From assembly GCA_964016885.1 (NCBI GenBank), contig OZ024741.1, positions 167,090,001 to 167,154,000 on the forward strand: DNA of 64,000 nt, in the 5' to 3' direction. A model generated the notes under the pieces. It was not told the DNA's origin, did not search any database, and saw only the letters and a list, made by a program, of their open reading frames with translations. This document shows positions 24,490 through 38,403 of this stretch, one piece after another; the first letter of the stretch is position 1, and the number at the start of each line of letters is the position of its first letter. The DNA comes from Eledone cirrhosa (taxonomy: Eukaryota). Position numbers and translations under genes: made by a program.

Positions 24490-25800
24490 CTTACCAGAAT
24501 GACAATGTGACGTCCGCCCAAATCGAAGCACTGTTGATATGATCTTTAGAGCACGAAAAATCCAAGCAAAGTGTTATGACCATCAACAGAACCTGCATCA
24601 GGTTATGGTGGATTTAACAAAAGCCTTTGATACAGTGAACAGGACTGTTCTGTGGAATATCCTTGTCACGTTATGATGCTCGGAATACTTTAGCATTATC
24701 AAATCCTTTCATAACGATATGGAGGCTTGGGTAAATATTGATGGTACCATATCTGAGCTAATAAAAGTTTAAAATGGTGTTAAGCAGGGTGATTTCATGG
24801 CTCCTACTCTTTTCTGTTTCTCTGTGTTTCTCATTGATGCCTTTATAATGTGACGCTCCTGATGAATGTTTTTCAACATCAGGTGATTTGCTGCAAAGAC
24901 CGAAGTCCTCTCATTCACAATCATTTTACGCTAATGACTGTGATCTAGTGGTCCGTTCAGTTACAGATATGCAAAACTTCACGAATAGAATATCTCGTAA
25001 AGCGTTTAGATTAACTATTAGCCTAGTTAAAACTGCAGTAATATTTCAACCATCTCCAAGATCTCCTTATATAGAACCATCCGTTTAACGTATATGGCCT
25101 AAAACTTAAAATGCTCTATAAGTTTCCATATTTGGGAAGTACAAGTAACCACTACTGCACATTAGATGATGTGTTTTCGCAAATTTTAGATTACGTCTTT
25201 GGAATCAAAAAGGAATGAGAAACGGGACAAATATTATAGTATGCAATGCATGTGCTTTGTCTATTCTCTTGTGTTCATGCGATACCTGGGTTATCTATCA
25301 CAGGCATGTTAAACTCCTCGAACAGTTTCACAAATGGTGCTTCCGTGACATTCATATTGTTCACTGGATTACATACGCTGTAGACACAAAAATATAACAA
25401 AATACTGGTATGGTCAGCACTAAAGCTCGCATCTACAAGCACTGACTTCGATGAGTAGGCCACGTTGTTAGATCTGGCGATAGTAGAATCCCAATGAAAG
25501 TGCTTTATGATGAGTTAACATCTGGTGCAAGACCACAACACAAACCGAAGCTGTGTTTCAAGAACTGTGTGAAAGATTTTTTTTAACACAGTGCAAAATA
25601 GTTACATCTCACTGGAGGTCTTGCCATTAGATAGAAATATTTGGCGTAAATTTTTTTCAAGAATTTTCTTGGGAATGGGCTATCATTTAGTAAGCAGCTA
25701 AGAAAGGCTAGCATATGGAGCCTCATGTAATTCAGTTTATATGTAATCTATGTGGACAAATATGGCTGTCAAATGTTGGCTTTACAAGTCATCTACGTAA
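24490..25800 (+). mobile_element. Degraded RTE/BovB-like LINE ORF2
   Basis: MVDLTKAFDTVNRTVLWNIL, GVKQGD..APTLF, FYANDCDLV, ILLCSCDTW, RIPMKVLYDELTSG; many stops. Confidence 0.85.
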
Positions 25801-26083
25801 ATAGGTAACCTATTTTATATGTGGTACATGCGGTACACATGGAAGAGAATTTTCAAATAAGTCAGGACTTACAAGACATTCAAAAATATATAATCATGGT
25901 CTGGATCAGACTGAAGAGACAAATGATGGAAGGGGTAAATATCAATGCAATTTATGCAATAATATATGCAAGTCTCTCGCAGGCTTTAAAAGCTACATAC
26001 ATCTACACATACACATACATACATACATACATACATACATACATACATACATACATACGAATGTGCATGTATACATACACATG

Positions 26084-26169
<86 letters not shown>

Positions 26170-27279
26170 TGTATGTATGTATACATACATAGATGCATGC
26201 ATATATAGAAATAAACACCAAGAGCGATGCATACGTGCATACATAGGTATACGTAGGTGTTGATGAAATGGAAATTAAACCTTGAAAGCCAGGAACAGAG
26301 AACAGAACTGTTGCAGAAACTGTTTTGAGTTGTTTTTGTTTTCATTTTCAAAATGTTGCAATTTGATCTCATATTTTTTCACATGTTAAAAAAAGCCAGA
26401 CTTAGCTAAACTGGGAAAACGTTAGATATGATGTTGTTTGACTCACATCAAGATGATGGCGTAAAATGAAAATAAAAATAATAGCGACGATAACAACAAC
26501 AACAACAACAACAAGAACAACAACAATAATAATAATAATAATAATAAATTTAGTCAAGCTACAGTTTTAGTAGGATTGCAAATGTTATACCTGCTTAAGG
26601 ATAACATGTTTCAATGTTCATTGCCAAAAACTTCATGTCAGTTAAGGTAATTTTGTCTGAGGTTTGTATACAGTGTACAATATCACTTGTTCCAAGGTAG
26701 ATTATTTTTTTGCTTTTTCACCAAAGAATGAGTGGAGGTGGAAGTTCTGTTAATATATATTTTTTTTTACCTTCAGATTTCTTCTTGTCTTATTATTCTG
26801 TTATGTTTTGTTAATTTGAGAACGTAATCGAAATTATCACACACACAGAGATACGTCTTAGTATTGTTTATTGGCAGATTCTGGATTCTCTCCTCAGTCA
26901 CATAACTGTTATCAAATACAAAAACCACTACCCCCACTGTTCTCAGTTCAAATCCCGCCGAGTTAAATTTAGCATTATATTACTTCTCGAGTTACTGAAA
27001 TGAATACTTGTTGTTGTTGTTGTTGTTACTGCTGCTTCTGTTTATTTTTTGGTCAGTGCTGATTAAACAAGTTGTTGATTAACAGTGTTGTCAAAGTTAA
27101 CAGGAAACGCGCTAATTTTCACGCTTTTTAACAGTGCATAACGATTTGGCGCTGCCACGCTATCTTAGCTCCCTACTATTATTTTGGCACGTTTTGGTGT
27201 ATTTTTTGTGGTATCTCCTAAATACATATATAAATCATTTACTATTCGTTAGCTGCATACTAAATGCTAGTCCATTCCG

Positions 27280-27590
27280 AAAAAAAATCTTGAAATGGGA
27301 ACAAAAACCACTGCATGAGCAGTATGTTCTCCATAGCAAAGAATTTGATGTAGAACAAGCTCTCACTCATCAGTGGCTGCGGAGTTCTGGGCTAAAGACA
27401 GAGAGTGATGACTTCATTTTGGCTGCATAAGACCAATGTCTTTCAATGCGCAATTTTCAAGCCAATGAAATCATTGAGACCATTGACCACCTGGTTTCAG
27501 GCTGCAAAGAATTAACTCCCCAGGAATATAAAACGGGACATGATAGAGTAAGGCAATACGTACACTAGGTAATGTGCAGGTTTTAACAGA
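27280..27590 (+). mobile_element. R4/Dong-clade LINE fragment (CCHC region)
   Basis: WEQKPLHEQY..QWLRSSGLKTESDDFILAA*DQ..ETIDHLVSGC..YKTGHDRV. Confidence 0.8.
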
Positions 27591-29286
27591 GGGGTACAGG
27601 AGTTCACAGGTCTTTATCATGCAGCTATACCACAAAATAAGCCAGGTTTATAGTCGCAGAAAGGTAAAATGACGCAATGAAACCGGAGACAGGTGGAAAT
27701 AGAACAAAGAAGATAATAAAATCGTAATCAAGTGTCTCATTCTTACAAAAGAGGGAGGGGCACGTTATGTGAGTGAACGGATGCTTCAGCGTTGGAGAAG
27801 ATTTGGATTGTTTGAAATCAATGTGAACAGTCTGATAGGAGAGATAAGGAAAATTAGGTGGAGTAATTGGCTCATCAATGTTGACTTAGAGACTCTGGCA
27901 GTTGAAGTTGAAAGAATTAAATGCTGAAGGTAACTTAAATGATGCGAATGTGGAAAGTGGGAAACAGAAATCACAATGAAGATGAATCAACTGAGGAAGA
28001 AGTAGCCTACCAAAATGCTGATGAAGGAAAAATGACAAATTGCTAAATGTGGAGAGAGTGGAAAATCAAGTGAATGATGATATGGACATTGAAAGTGTGA
28101 ATGGAAATGAAAATGAAGAAAAGGAAGAAATAAGATTGATCATTAAAATATTGAGAGATCTGTTTAATGGTTCTAGAATTCAATAAGACACCGCCGAATC
28201 TTCGGAATATAGGGAGAAGTCGTTTAGAAACTGAAACTGCCAAAGTAAACAATGCAATGAGGTACATAGAAACCAATGGCATCACCAACCTGAGAAAATT
28301 AATTAGCGCTGCAGGGTTTCTGGTGGGTGATAAGGTATTAAGCAAACTAAAAGGAATAATGTGAGGAACCCTGGTAGAAAATAAGATTGGAAGGTGATAT
28401 AGTTCAGCTCAGAAAAGATCTAGGAAAAATGGGTGCATGGCATAGAGGAAAATGGAACAAAAACAAAGTAGGGAAGAAACGACGCGTAGATATGAGGTAT
28501 AAAATTAAATTGAAAGGTTTGACTGTAGTGATAGAAAACGTGAAGCAGCGAATTAAGAAAAAATCTAATTGGGTTAGACAAAAACAATATGAATAAGATT
28601 GTTCTCTGCAAATCAGAAAATGTTCTTTAGAACAATATCAGGGGGAAATGGTGCAGATGTTGCACCTAATGCGAAAGAATCCGTGCAATTTCGGTCAAAT
28701 CTATGGGTAATTACAAATTAGCATTACAAAGATGCAAGATGGTTAAATGAATTTGAAAATGAATCTTCTAACGAACCAAAACAGAGATGGAAAGAATTTC
28801 AAAGGAAGACGTTCAAGAGCAAGTTAGGAAAAAGCCAAACTGGAAATTTCCTGGACCAGATGGGATCCAAGGATTCTGGTTGAAAATATTTTAAAGTGTT
28901 CATTCAAGAGTAGGGAAGCACCTAGATGATTGTGTAATACAAGGAGAAGTTTCAAGTTTGATGGTTGAAGTAAAGAAAACTTTGATAATGCAGGATAAAA
29001 GGAAAAGTCCATTAGTTGGAAATTACAGGCCGATTGCTTGCTTGAATTTGCTTTGAAGCTGTTCAGAATGAGATGCTACCTATAGCGCAGAAGGGGAGTA
29101 GAAAAAATCCCGAGGGAACCAAAGAGCATCTTGCTGTTAACAAGGCGATCATGAATAACTCCAAATACGTCTAAAGGATTTATGCATGGCTTGGATAGAC
29201 TTTAAGAAAGCCTTTGACATGGTCCCACATTCATGAGTACTGAACCGTTTGAAAATGTTTGTGATAGCAGACTGTGTTGTTAATAT

Positions 29287-29666
29287 AATTGTTTCTACTT
29301 TTCGCACAAGGCCAGCAATTACCCAGTGCATTACTGGTACTTTATTTTATCGACCCCGTAAGGATGAAAGGCGAAGTTAACCTCGGCGGGATTTGAACTC
29401 AGAATAGCAAGGGCCGTAACTCTATGCGTCAAAGCATGGCGTCCGACTCTCTACTGTGTTGTTAATATAATGGTTTCTTATATAGGCACAAGGCCAGCAA
29501 TTTTTGGGGAAGGGAAAGTCGATTAAATCGACCCCAGTGCGTGACTGGTACTTTATTTTATCGACCCCGTAAGGATGAAAGGCAAAGTTAACCTCGGCGG
29601 GATTTGAACTCAGACCATAAAGGGCCGTAACTCTATGCGTCAAAGCATGGCGTCCAACCCTCTACT
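29287..29666 (-). mobile_element. Two tandem family-1 SINEs with a triplicated target site
   Basis: ACTGTGTTGTTAATATAAT at 29271, 29453 and 29664. Confidence 0.9.
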
Positions 29667-30345
29667 GTGTTGTTAATATAATTAAGTCGAGCATGCCATT
29701 GTGGAAGACGAACCTGTATGCAGTAAATAACACTTAGGTGTGATTAATATAAGAAGTGTAATATTTCAAGGAGATTCTTTCTCACTATTGCTTTTTGTGA
29801 TTGCCATGATTCCCTTACCAATAGTCTTATGGGATACAGATATTGGCTATTAGATAGGAAACAGAGAATCTAAGATCAATCATCTACTTTTCATGGATGA
29901 TCTGAAGCTCTTTGACAGGAATGAATCTCAGGTTGGCTCACTGGTCAAAACTGTCCACTGGTGTTGCAGGGACATTGAGATGGAGTTTGGTATCATAAAG
30001 TGTGCGACCCTGACTATGAATAGAGGTAGGCATATAGATAATGGTGGGATTGTGTTACTTGATGGAGAGTCGATTGGTGATCGTGAGGATAGTGGGTATT
30101 TTGAAGTTTGACAAAGTTCTAGATGAGAAGATGAAATGAAATGTGAAGGAAGTCTATCTAAATAGATTAGGATGCTATTGAAAACGAAATGGAATGAGAA
30201 CTAGATTACCGCCATCAATGTCTGAGCTGTGTCAGTTATTAGATGTAGTGAGGCCATTTTGAATTGGACCACAGAAGAAATAGAGACGCTGGATAGGCTA
30301 ATGTGTAAGAAAATGGTTGACAATGGTGCATTGCACCCAAAGGCA

Positions 30346-32316
30346 AATGTCATCAGGTTATGTACACCACAGAATGTCGTCAGGGTATGTACACCACAGA
30401 ATGTCATCAGGTTACGTACACCACAGAATGTCGTCAGGGTATGTACACCACAGAATGTCATCAGGGTATGTACACCACAGAAGGTCATCAGGGTATGTAC
30501 ACCACAGAATGTCATCAGGGTATGTACACCACAGAATGTCGTCAGGGTATGTACACCACAGAATGTCATCAGGTTACGTACACCACAGAATGTCGTCAGG
30601 GTATGTACACCACAGAATGTCATCAGGGTATGTACACCACAGAAGGTCATCAGGTTATGTACACCACGGAATATCATCAGGGTATGTACACCACAGAATA
30701 TCATCAGGGTATGTACACCACAGAATATCATCAGGGTATGTACACCACAGAATATCATCAGGGTATGTACACCACAGAATATCATCAGGGTATGTACACC
30801 ACAGAATATCATCAGGGTATGTACACCACAGAATATCATCAGGGTATGTACACCACAGAATATCATCAGGGTATGTACACCACAGAATATCATCAGGGTA
30901 TGTACACCACAGAATATCATCAGGGTATGTACACCACAGAATATCATCAGGGTATGTACACCACAGAATATCATCAGGGTATGTACACCACAGAATATCA
31001 TCAGGGTATGTACACCACAGAATATCATCAGGGTATGTACACCACAGAATATCATCAGGGTATGTACACCACAGAATATCATCAGGGTATGTACACCACA
31101 GAATATCATCAGGGTATGTACACCACAGAATATCATCAGGGTATGTACACCACAGAATATCATCAGGGTATGTACACCACAGAATGTCATCAGGGTATGT
31201 ACACCACAGAATGTCATCAGGTTACGTACACCACAGAATGTCGTCAGAGTATGTACACCACAGAATATCATCAGGGTATGTACACCACAGAATATCATCA
31301 GGTTACGTACACCACAGAATGTCGTCAGGGTATGTACACCACAGAATGTCATCAGGGTATGTACACCACAGAATATCATCAGGGTATGTACACCACAGAA
31401 TATCATCAGGTTACGTACACCACAGAATGTCGTCAGGGTATGTACACCACAGAATGTCATCAGGGTATGTACACCACAGAATGTCATCAGGGTATGTACA
31501 CCACAGAATGTCATCAGGGTATGTACACCACAGAATATCATCAGGGTATGTACACCACAGAATATCATCAGGTTACGTACACCACAGAATGTCGTCAGGG
31601 TATGTACACCACAGAATGTCATCAGGGTATGTACACCACAGAATGTCATCAGGGTATGTACACCACAGAATGTCATCAGGGTATGTACACCACAGAATGT
31701 CATCAGGGTATGTACACCACAGAATGTCATCAGGGTATGTACACCACAGAATGTCATCAGGGTATGTACACCACAGAATGTCATCAGGGTATGTACACCA
31801 CAGAATATCATCAGGGTATGTACACCACAGAATATCATCAGGTTACGTACACCACAGAATGTCGTCAGGGTATGTACACCACAGAATGTCATCAGGGTAT
31901 GTACACCACAGAATGTCATCAGGGTATGTACACCACAGAATGTCATCAGGGTATGTACACCACAGAATGTCATCAGGGTATGTACACCACAGAATGTCAT
32001 CAGGGTATGTACACCACAGAATGTCATCAGGGTATGTACACCACAGAATGTCATCAGGGTATGTACACCACAGAATGTCATCAGGTTACGTACACCACAG
32101 AATGTCGTCAGGGTATGTACACCACAGAATGTCATCAGGGTATGTACACCACAGAATGTCGTCAGGGTATGTACACCACAGAATGTCATCAGGGTATGTA
32201 CACCACAGAATGTCATCAGGTTATGTACACCACAGAAGGTCATCAGGTTATGTACACCACAGAAGGTCATCAGGATATATGCACCACAGAATATCATCAG
32301 GGTATGTACACCACAG
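30346..32316. repeat. 27-bp minisatellite AATGTCATCAGGGTATGTACACCACAG, 73 units
   Basis: 1971 bp = 73 x 27; lies in frame inside the LINE ORF. Confidence 0.98.
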
Positions 32317-33299
32317 AATGTAGGAGGTCGAGAACTTGTAAGTGTGAAAGATTGCATAGCTAATGAATGCAGGGCTTTAGGTTCATATTTGGCCAGTAGT
32401 AAAGAAGAACTTTTAAGGTAAACTGCCAAAAACAGAGACCTATGTATTGAAATCATTGAAAGTAAAAATATTACAAACAGAGGGTGCTGGGTGAGAAATT
32501 GAGCACAAGATAAAATATGGAATTACATGGTCAATTTGAAAGAGAAATGAAATAAATAAAAGTAGGATCTTCATGGAATTGTTGACAAAAGGTGATCTTA
32601 AGAGAGACAGAAAGTTTATTGAGAGCTGCTCAAGATCAAGCACTAAATACAAACGCGATAAGCAAGCAATATGTATCACACAGATGAAACAAATAAGTGT
32701 AGGTTATGTGGGAAGAAGGTAGAAAGTGTGACACCCATCGTGGGTGCCTGTGGCAGGCTTGCACAGATGGAATACAAAAGGTGTCACGATAAAGTGTACT
32801 GACACCTCCATTAGTCTTTATGCAAGAAATATGGGTTTGCAACCAATGAGAATGGTATCAGCATAAACCAGAGAGGGTTCTGAAAATCAAACTATGAAGC
32901 TCTTGTGGGAGTTTACAATCCAGGGTGGTAGAGTACTTGGACATACAATGCCAAAAATAACTTTGGTGGAGATAGGTACTGAAAGGAAGTATGTTTTGAT
33001 CGATGCATCTCCATAAGACGATATATGACACTACTCAAAGCTCGCCCTTGAGAGCACCTGTTGTTGACGACCCTGCCTCCTTTCAACTTACACTTAACTA
33101 AAGCGGTGAGCCGGTCCATGTAAGCTTTACTTGCCGGGAATGTCATGTTCAGCTTCGAGTAACCAGATCCTAGCCTATGTGTTCTATCTAGGTCAACCAT
33201 GCAGTTGCTGGTGGTGGTTCAACTCGTGTTGCTGCTGCTGGTGGAGTTGTCGGTGTTGGCATTGGTGGATGTGAGGCTGCCTGTCTCCGCCCCGGTGTT

Positions 33300-33930
33300 T
33301 GCAGTAACAAAGGTTTGCGGCCCCTGCATTTTTTAGCTGAGGGCAGAAGGCTCGCACATGTGTAGTTTCGTCGCTAACAAAACAGTGCGGCCTTTAGCCT
33401 TCAGTGACCACCTCTATCGCAGTCCCGTCCTAGAGGCGAACGTGATCTGGGGTGTATATTTTTAGCTGTTCCGGTTTGATTAGGAGAAGGATCTCCAAAC
33501 TCACACCGGACCAGTCCTCTCGGGCAGTTTTGGTGACATTGATTACGCGCCTCAGGAACCACCTGGGAATGCGGACTCTCACTGTCCTCTTGTTCATGTG
33601 GGACGGGTACATGATAACGTGGTCCGTCCTATAGAGGGCCACTGAGTGCTTTATAGAATGGACCTTGGATTTAACCAGCACGGAGATGGTGCCGAATTGT
33701 TTGCCCTTTGCTATATAGTCTATATCTTCTCGGATGCATTTCAGTGCAGCCTCCACCTTGTGGGGTTAGTTCCGTTTGCGGCTCTGCGCTGAAATGCATC
33801 TATAAGTAATAGTCCTCCGCTGCATTGCCTCCATCGCTTCGACCAGGATGGTTAGATTGGTTCAGGTTTTGTCCGTTTGACCAGCTTCCATGCCTGGGCC
33901 AAACGTTGCTCCTTGTCCGTTAAATGCATG
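33300..33930 (-). mobile_element. Degraded LINE ORF1 (gag-like, zinc-knuckle remnant), probably L1/Tx1 clade
   Basis: YIAKGKQFGTISV..YPSHMNKRTVRVRI and RPHCFV....HVRAFCP; GC-richer than flanks. Confidence 0.5.
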
Positions 33931-33974
33931 TGAAAACATGGCCCTTTTCTATCTGCGGCAGTCGCGAATTTGCT

Positions 33975-33999
33975 CTTGTTGTTGATGGTGTTGTTAACG

Positions 34000-34034
<35 letters not shown>

Positions 34035-34308
34035 CACGCTGTTGTTGCCGCTGCTGTTGTTGCTGGTGCTGGTTATGTCATTGTTCGTTTTGTTGTCGTT
34101 GTAGTTGTTCACGTTGTTGTTGTTGCTGCTGTTGCTGGTGCTCGAGGTGTCATTGTTCGTTTTGTTGTCGTTGTAGTTGTCACGTTGTTGTTGTTGCTAC
34201 TGGCGCTGGTGGTGTCATTTTTCACATAGTTGTTATTGTAGTTGGTGTGGTTGTCATTAATTCCGTTGTTTTGGTTTGTTTTGTTTTGTCGTTGGTGCTG
34301 TTGTTGGC
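33975..34308. repeat. Degenerate (GTT)n microsatellite
   Basis: Directly visible. Confidence 0.9.
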
Positions 34309-34309
34309 A

Positions 34310-34530
34310 ATAATGGTTTCTGATTTAGGCACAAGGCCAGCAATTCTGGGGAAGGGAAAGTCGATTAAATCAACCCCTGTGCGTGACTGGTACTTTATTT
34401 TATCGACCCCCGTAAGGATGAAAGGCAAAGTTAACCTCGGCGGGATTTGAACTCAGAATGCAAAGGGCCGTAAATCTATACTGCGAAGCATGGCGTCCGA
34501 CACTCTACCGATACTGCCAATCCACCGCCC
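34310..34530 (-). mobile_element. Full-length family-1 SINE with TSD
   Basis: GTTGTTGGCAATAATG duplicated on both sides. Confidence 0.9.
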
Positions 34531-34879
34531 TGGTTGTTGGCAATAATGCCTAAATTGGTGCTAGTTTTCATCATGGTGGTGATGGTGTCGATACCACTTA
34601 GCTCAACTCTCGAGTCACTGTCATGTGACTGCTGCCTATACGTTGGGGGCGGGAGCGTGCTCCTTCAATTTCTTTTTTCGAAAAAATATTTTTCGGACAA
34701 AATGATGTTTGAATATTTGGGCCAAAGGCCCAAATATTGTGGGATCTCCTTTCTTGGGGACAAAGAACAATGCTTTATTCCACTTATCAACAAAAAATGT
34801 TCACAAAATACCATTTTAAACAACTTAAATCTGCTGGAGCTCAGAATCGTACGTCTTACACGTTCAAGGAACAATAATA

Positions 34880-35390
34880 ATAATGGTTTCTGATTTTGGC
34901 ATAAGGCCAAAAATGTTGTGGGAGAAAGTCGATTAAATCGACCCCAGTGCATTATAGGATGAAAGGCAAAAAGTAACGTCGATGGGATTTCAACTGTATG
35001 ACTTTAATAATAATTGTTTCTACTTTTGGCACAAAGCCAGCAATTACCCCAGTTCATTACTGGTGCTTTATTTTATCGACCCCGAAACAATGAAAGGCAA
35101 AGTGAATTTAGGCAGGATTTGAAATCAGACCGTAAAGGATCATAACTCTATGCTGTAAAGCATAGCGTCCGATCCTCTACCGATACTGCCAATAATAATT
35201 GTTTATACTTTAGGCACAAGGCCAGCAAATACCCAGTTCATTACTGGTACTTTATTTTATCGACCCCGTAAGGATGAAAGGCAAAGTCAACCTCGGCGGG
35301 ATTTGAACTCAGATCGTAAAGGGACGTAACTATGCTGGAAAGCATGGCGTCCGACCCTCTACCGATACTGCCAATCCACCGCGCCAATAA
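34880..35390 (-). mobile_element. Tandem cluster of three family-1 SINEs
   Basis: Three successive copies, each starting at an AATAATAAT run. Confidence 0.85.
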
Positions 35391-35454
35391 TAATGCTGAA
35401 TCATTCACAGAAATTCACATCTATGCGTATCTGTATATATTATAAGTGGCAGTT

Positions 35455-35530
<76 letters not shown>

Positions 35531-35790
35531 TCTCTGTCACTCACCGCTCTAACGATGTATGCTTTTAGATTGCTAAACGAAATGTCATTGCTCCAACCAT
35601 AATAAAGGCATTAGATGTTATGGCTCTGTGTGTATATATATATATATATATAAAGGTAATTTTGTTTTTACGTATTCATCAGCCTTTTTGGAGTAGTTAT
35701 ATTTTGTGTTGTTCACTTTCTAATTAAATAGCTCTGTTCTATGCATAGAGCACTCTTTTTTCCTTTGCTTTTCCTTCGGAATTACCTAAC

Positions 35791-35869
<79 letters not shown>

Positions 35870-36884
35870 CACCTATATAACTTCCTCTCACCTTCTCCAT
35901 CGTACTTCAATTTCTCCTCTACTCACTCAATGTGGTCCTAAATATTTACTCACCTTTCCAGTTAAATGAAATAAGTAAATCATATTAAATAAGTAAATCA
36001 TATCCCCTCACTAATTATATATTTTCTGTTGCCTCATCCATTTCTGCTCCACTTTTCGTCAAATCTCGTTCAGGCATTTAGAATATTGTGTGCTAGTTGA
36101 TTGCACCAACCTATCCTCCATTATAATTTTGTACACACAAAAAATTATTGCCCCTCAGGTTTTATGGTCTGACAATCTTAGTTACAAAAGGCGGACGGAC
36201 AGTAGCATATTACCTCGTCATATATATACATATATATATATATAAATACAATATCGGAGAAAGCTTTTTAGCGATATTCCGGCCAAATTCCAACTCACTC
36301 AACAAACATTAGGAAATAAGTGATTATATTCCCAATAATGTGTTCGGGGTGCTAACTAAAAGTATTGCGTGGAAAATTGGTTGTATTATTTCAAATGAGA
36401 CATATCTAATATATCTCTTCCCAGACGGACGTCTCGTTTCATTATCCGATTCCTACAATTTGGGTGAAATTATACCAATTTATGTAGGAGCTTGTATACC
36501 ATCAATAGATATATATTCAAGTGGGCTCCTATAATTCATCAGTGGGTGCCCCAATAATACTAATATTGATAATCTAACCAACATCAGCATTTAGCGATAA
36601 TCACTTTCTGTGCCTGAGGTATCTGTCAGGTTGCCAGTCCAGCAGTTCTAAAGAAGTGCTCGAACTGATTCAAAAAATGAGGAAGTGAATTACCGCCAAA
36701 AAAAACAATACATGCGCGTGACAATGAACTCTGAAAGGAATTCAGGCCACGTGCTAAGAACTCAATTGGAAATATATATATATATATAGATATATAGATA
36801 TATATACCCCACTCTCAAGAGCGTGAAACTAATAAACCTTTGTTCGTACTGCCTCTCCGTTTTGTTCCCGTTCAATTTTTCACT

Positions 36885-36950
<66 letters not shown>

Positions 36951-36954
<4 letters not shown>

Positions 36955-38365
36955 GAAAAATTTGAACAGGGACAAAACAGAGAGGCAGTACAATAAATGT
37001 TTATTAATTTCACGCTCAGGAGAGTGGGGGGTAGGTGGGGGACGACGTTTCGGGCATAAGCCCTTCCTCAGGTGAGAAGTGTGTGGGAACAGAGTTCAAA
37101 AGGTGTGTAGGGGAGAGGTGGAGAGACATATAGCGAAAGGAAACGGTGCGAATGAAAAAAAAACAAATAAAGATAAAAAATAAAAATAAAGCATGATCAA
37201 AATACAAGGAATGAGAAAATTTAAAAATAAAGGCATGATCAAAATAAACTGAAATTAAAAGGGGGGTAAACAGGTAGTCGAAGGGTGTGGGGTGAGTACG
37301 GGTGGTGGCGGGTGGAGTGGGGAGAGGGAGACGGGGTGTCCGAGCGGGGAGGGCTGAAGGTGGTGTGTGTGTGTAGGTGTGCGTGTGTGTGTGTGTGTGT
37401 GTGTGTATGTGAAAGTAAGGGTTGGGGGAAAAACGGGGTTGCATGTTCAGGAAGAGATGTGTGTGGGGGGTGTTTTTGTGGGTCGGAGTGTCTGTGCGTG
37501 TATGGATAGGGAGGTGGGGGAGAGGAATCAGGAGGCTGAGGGTGTAAATGTGTGGTGGGAAGCACGTGTGTGTGGGGTTTAAGCGTGTTGTGGGTGTGGG
37601 TGGCGTGTGGAGAAAAAAAATGTTTGGGGGGGTGTGTGTGCGGGTGAGTTATATAGGTGATTATGCAAGAGGATGGTTGAAAAGTTGGTAAGTTCCAAGG
37701 ATGTTTAGTAGATTGGTTGTAAGTCAAATTCTGCGTGTGGGTAATCCATGAAGTGGTGGTCGGAAGAGGAGAGATGTGGGGTGCGCGCGCAACAGGAAGT
37801 GGTCAGCAGTGGGAGTGCTGTGGTCTGTTGGTGCTGGGAGGTGGCCAGAGGGCACAGCAGCAGTCAGTGGAATGGTAGGGGGCGAGGATGGGTAGGTGTG
37901 AAAGTTGGAGTGAGGAGGGTGTGTGTGTGTGTATGTGTGTATTAGTAGAGGTGTTAGTGGGATGAGTGAGTGTGGAGCGAGGGTGTAGGTGGAGTGGGGA
38001 GAGAAGGGTGTGTGTGGTTCTATGGAGGGAGTGTGGTGTACTGGTGTGTGTGTAGTTTGATGAAGAGGTGTTAGTGGGTGTTAGTATACGGGAGGTGGGG
38101 AGGGGTTGAATGCAGGTGTGAGTGGGGGTTAGTGGTGGTAGGGTGTGTAGAGTTGGTGGTGTACGAGGGTGTGTGGGTACGTGTGCGTGGGGTTGGGGGG
38201 TGTTAGTGATGTTAGTTGCGTATAGGGGTGGGTGGTGTAAGTGGGTGCGTGTGTTCGTGTGCTTGGGGTTAGGGGGTGTTAGTGAGGTTAGTTGCGGGGT
38301 GGTGGGATGGAGGTGTGGGGGTGAGAGGTGAGGGGGTGAGGGTTAGTGGTGGTAGTAGGGTGTGT
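36951..38365 (-). mobile_element. 3' part of a second Penelope-like family (G/T-rich UTR with hammerhead-like core) in (TA)n
   Basis: Minus strand CTGAGGA-A-GGGC-TTAT-GCCC-GAAACGTC at 37044-37071 near the 3' end; (TA)n on both sides; related 3' end on the + strand at 36807-36883. Confidence 0.55.
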
Positions 38366-38366
38366 G

Positions 38367-38403
<37 letters not shown>

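Larger units (their letters stand above)
27660..32990 (+). mobile_element. Degraded R4/Dong-clade LINE (RT, CCHC, REL) interrupted by two SINEs and a minisatellite
   Basis: GNYRPIACL, AWIDFKKAFDMVPHS, IFQGDSFS.LLF, INHLLFMDDLKLF, LHPKANV..GGREL, LLRAAQDQALNT, CRLCG. Confidence 0.88.

Noticed and set aside
30201-32456. Four ORFs of 667-751 aa
   Set aside because: Produced by a stop-free 27-bp unit; flanking LINE frames are broken by stops.
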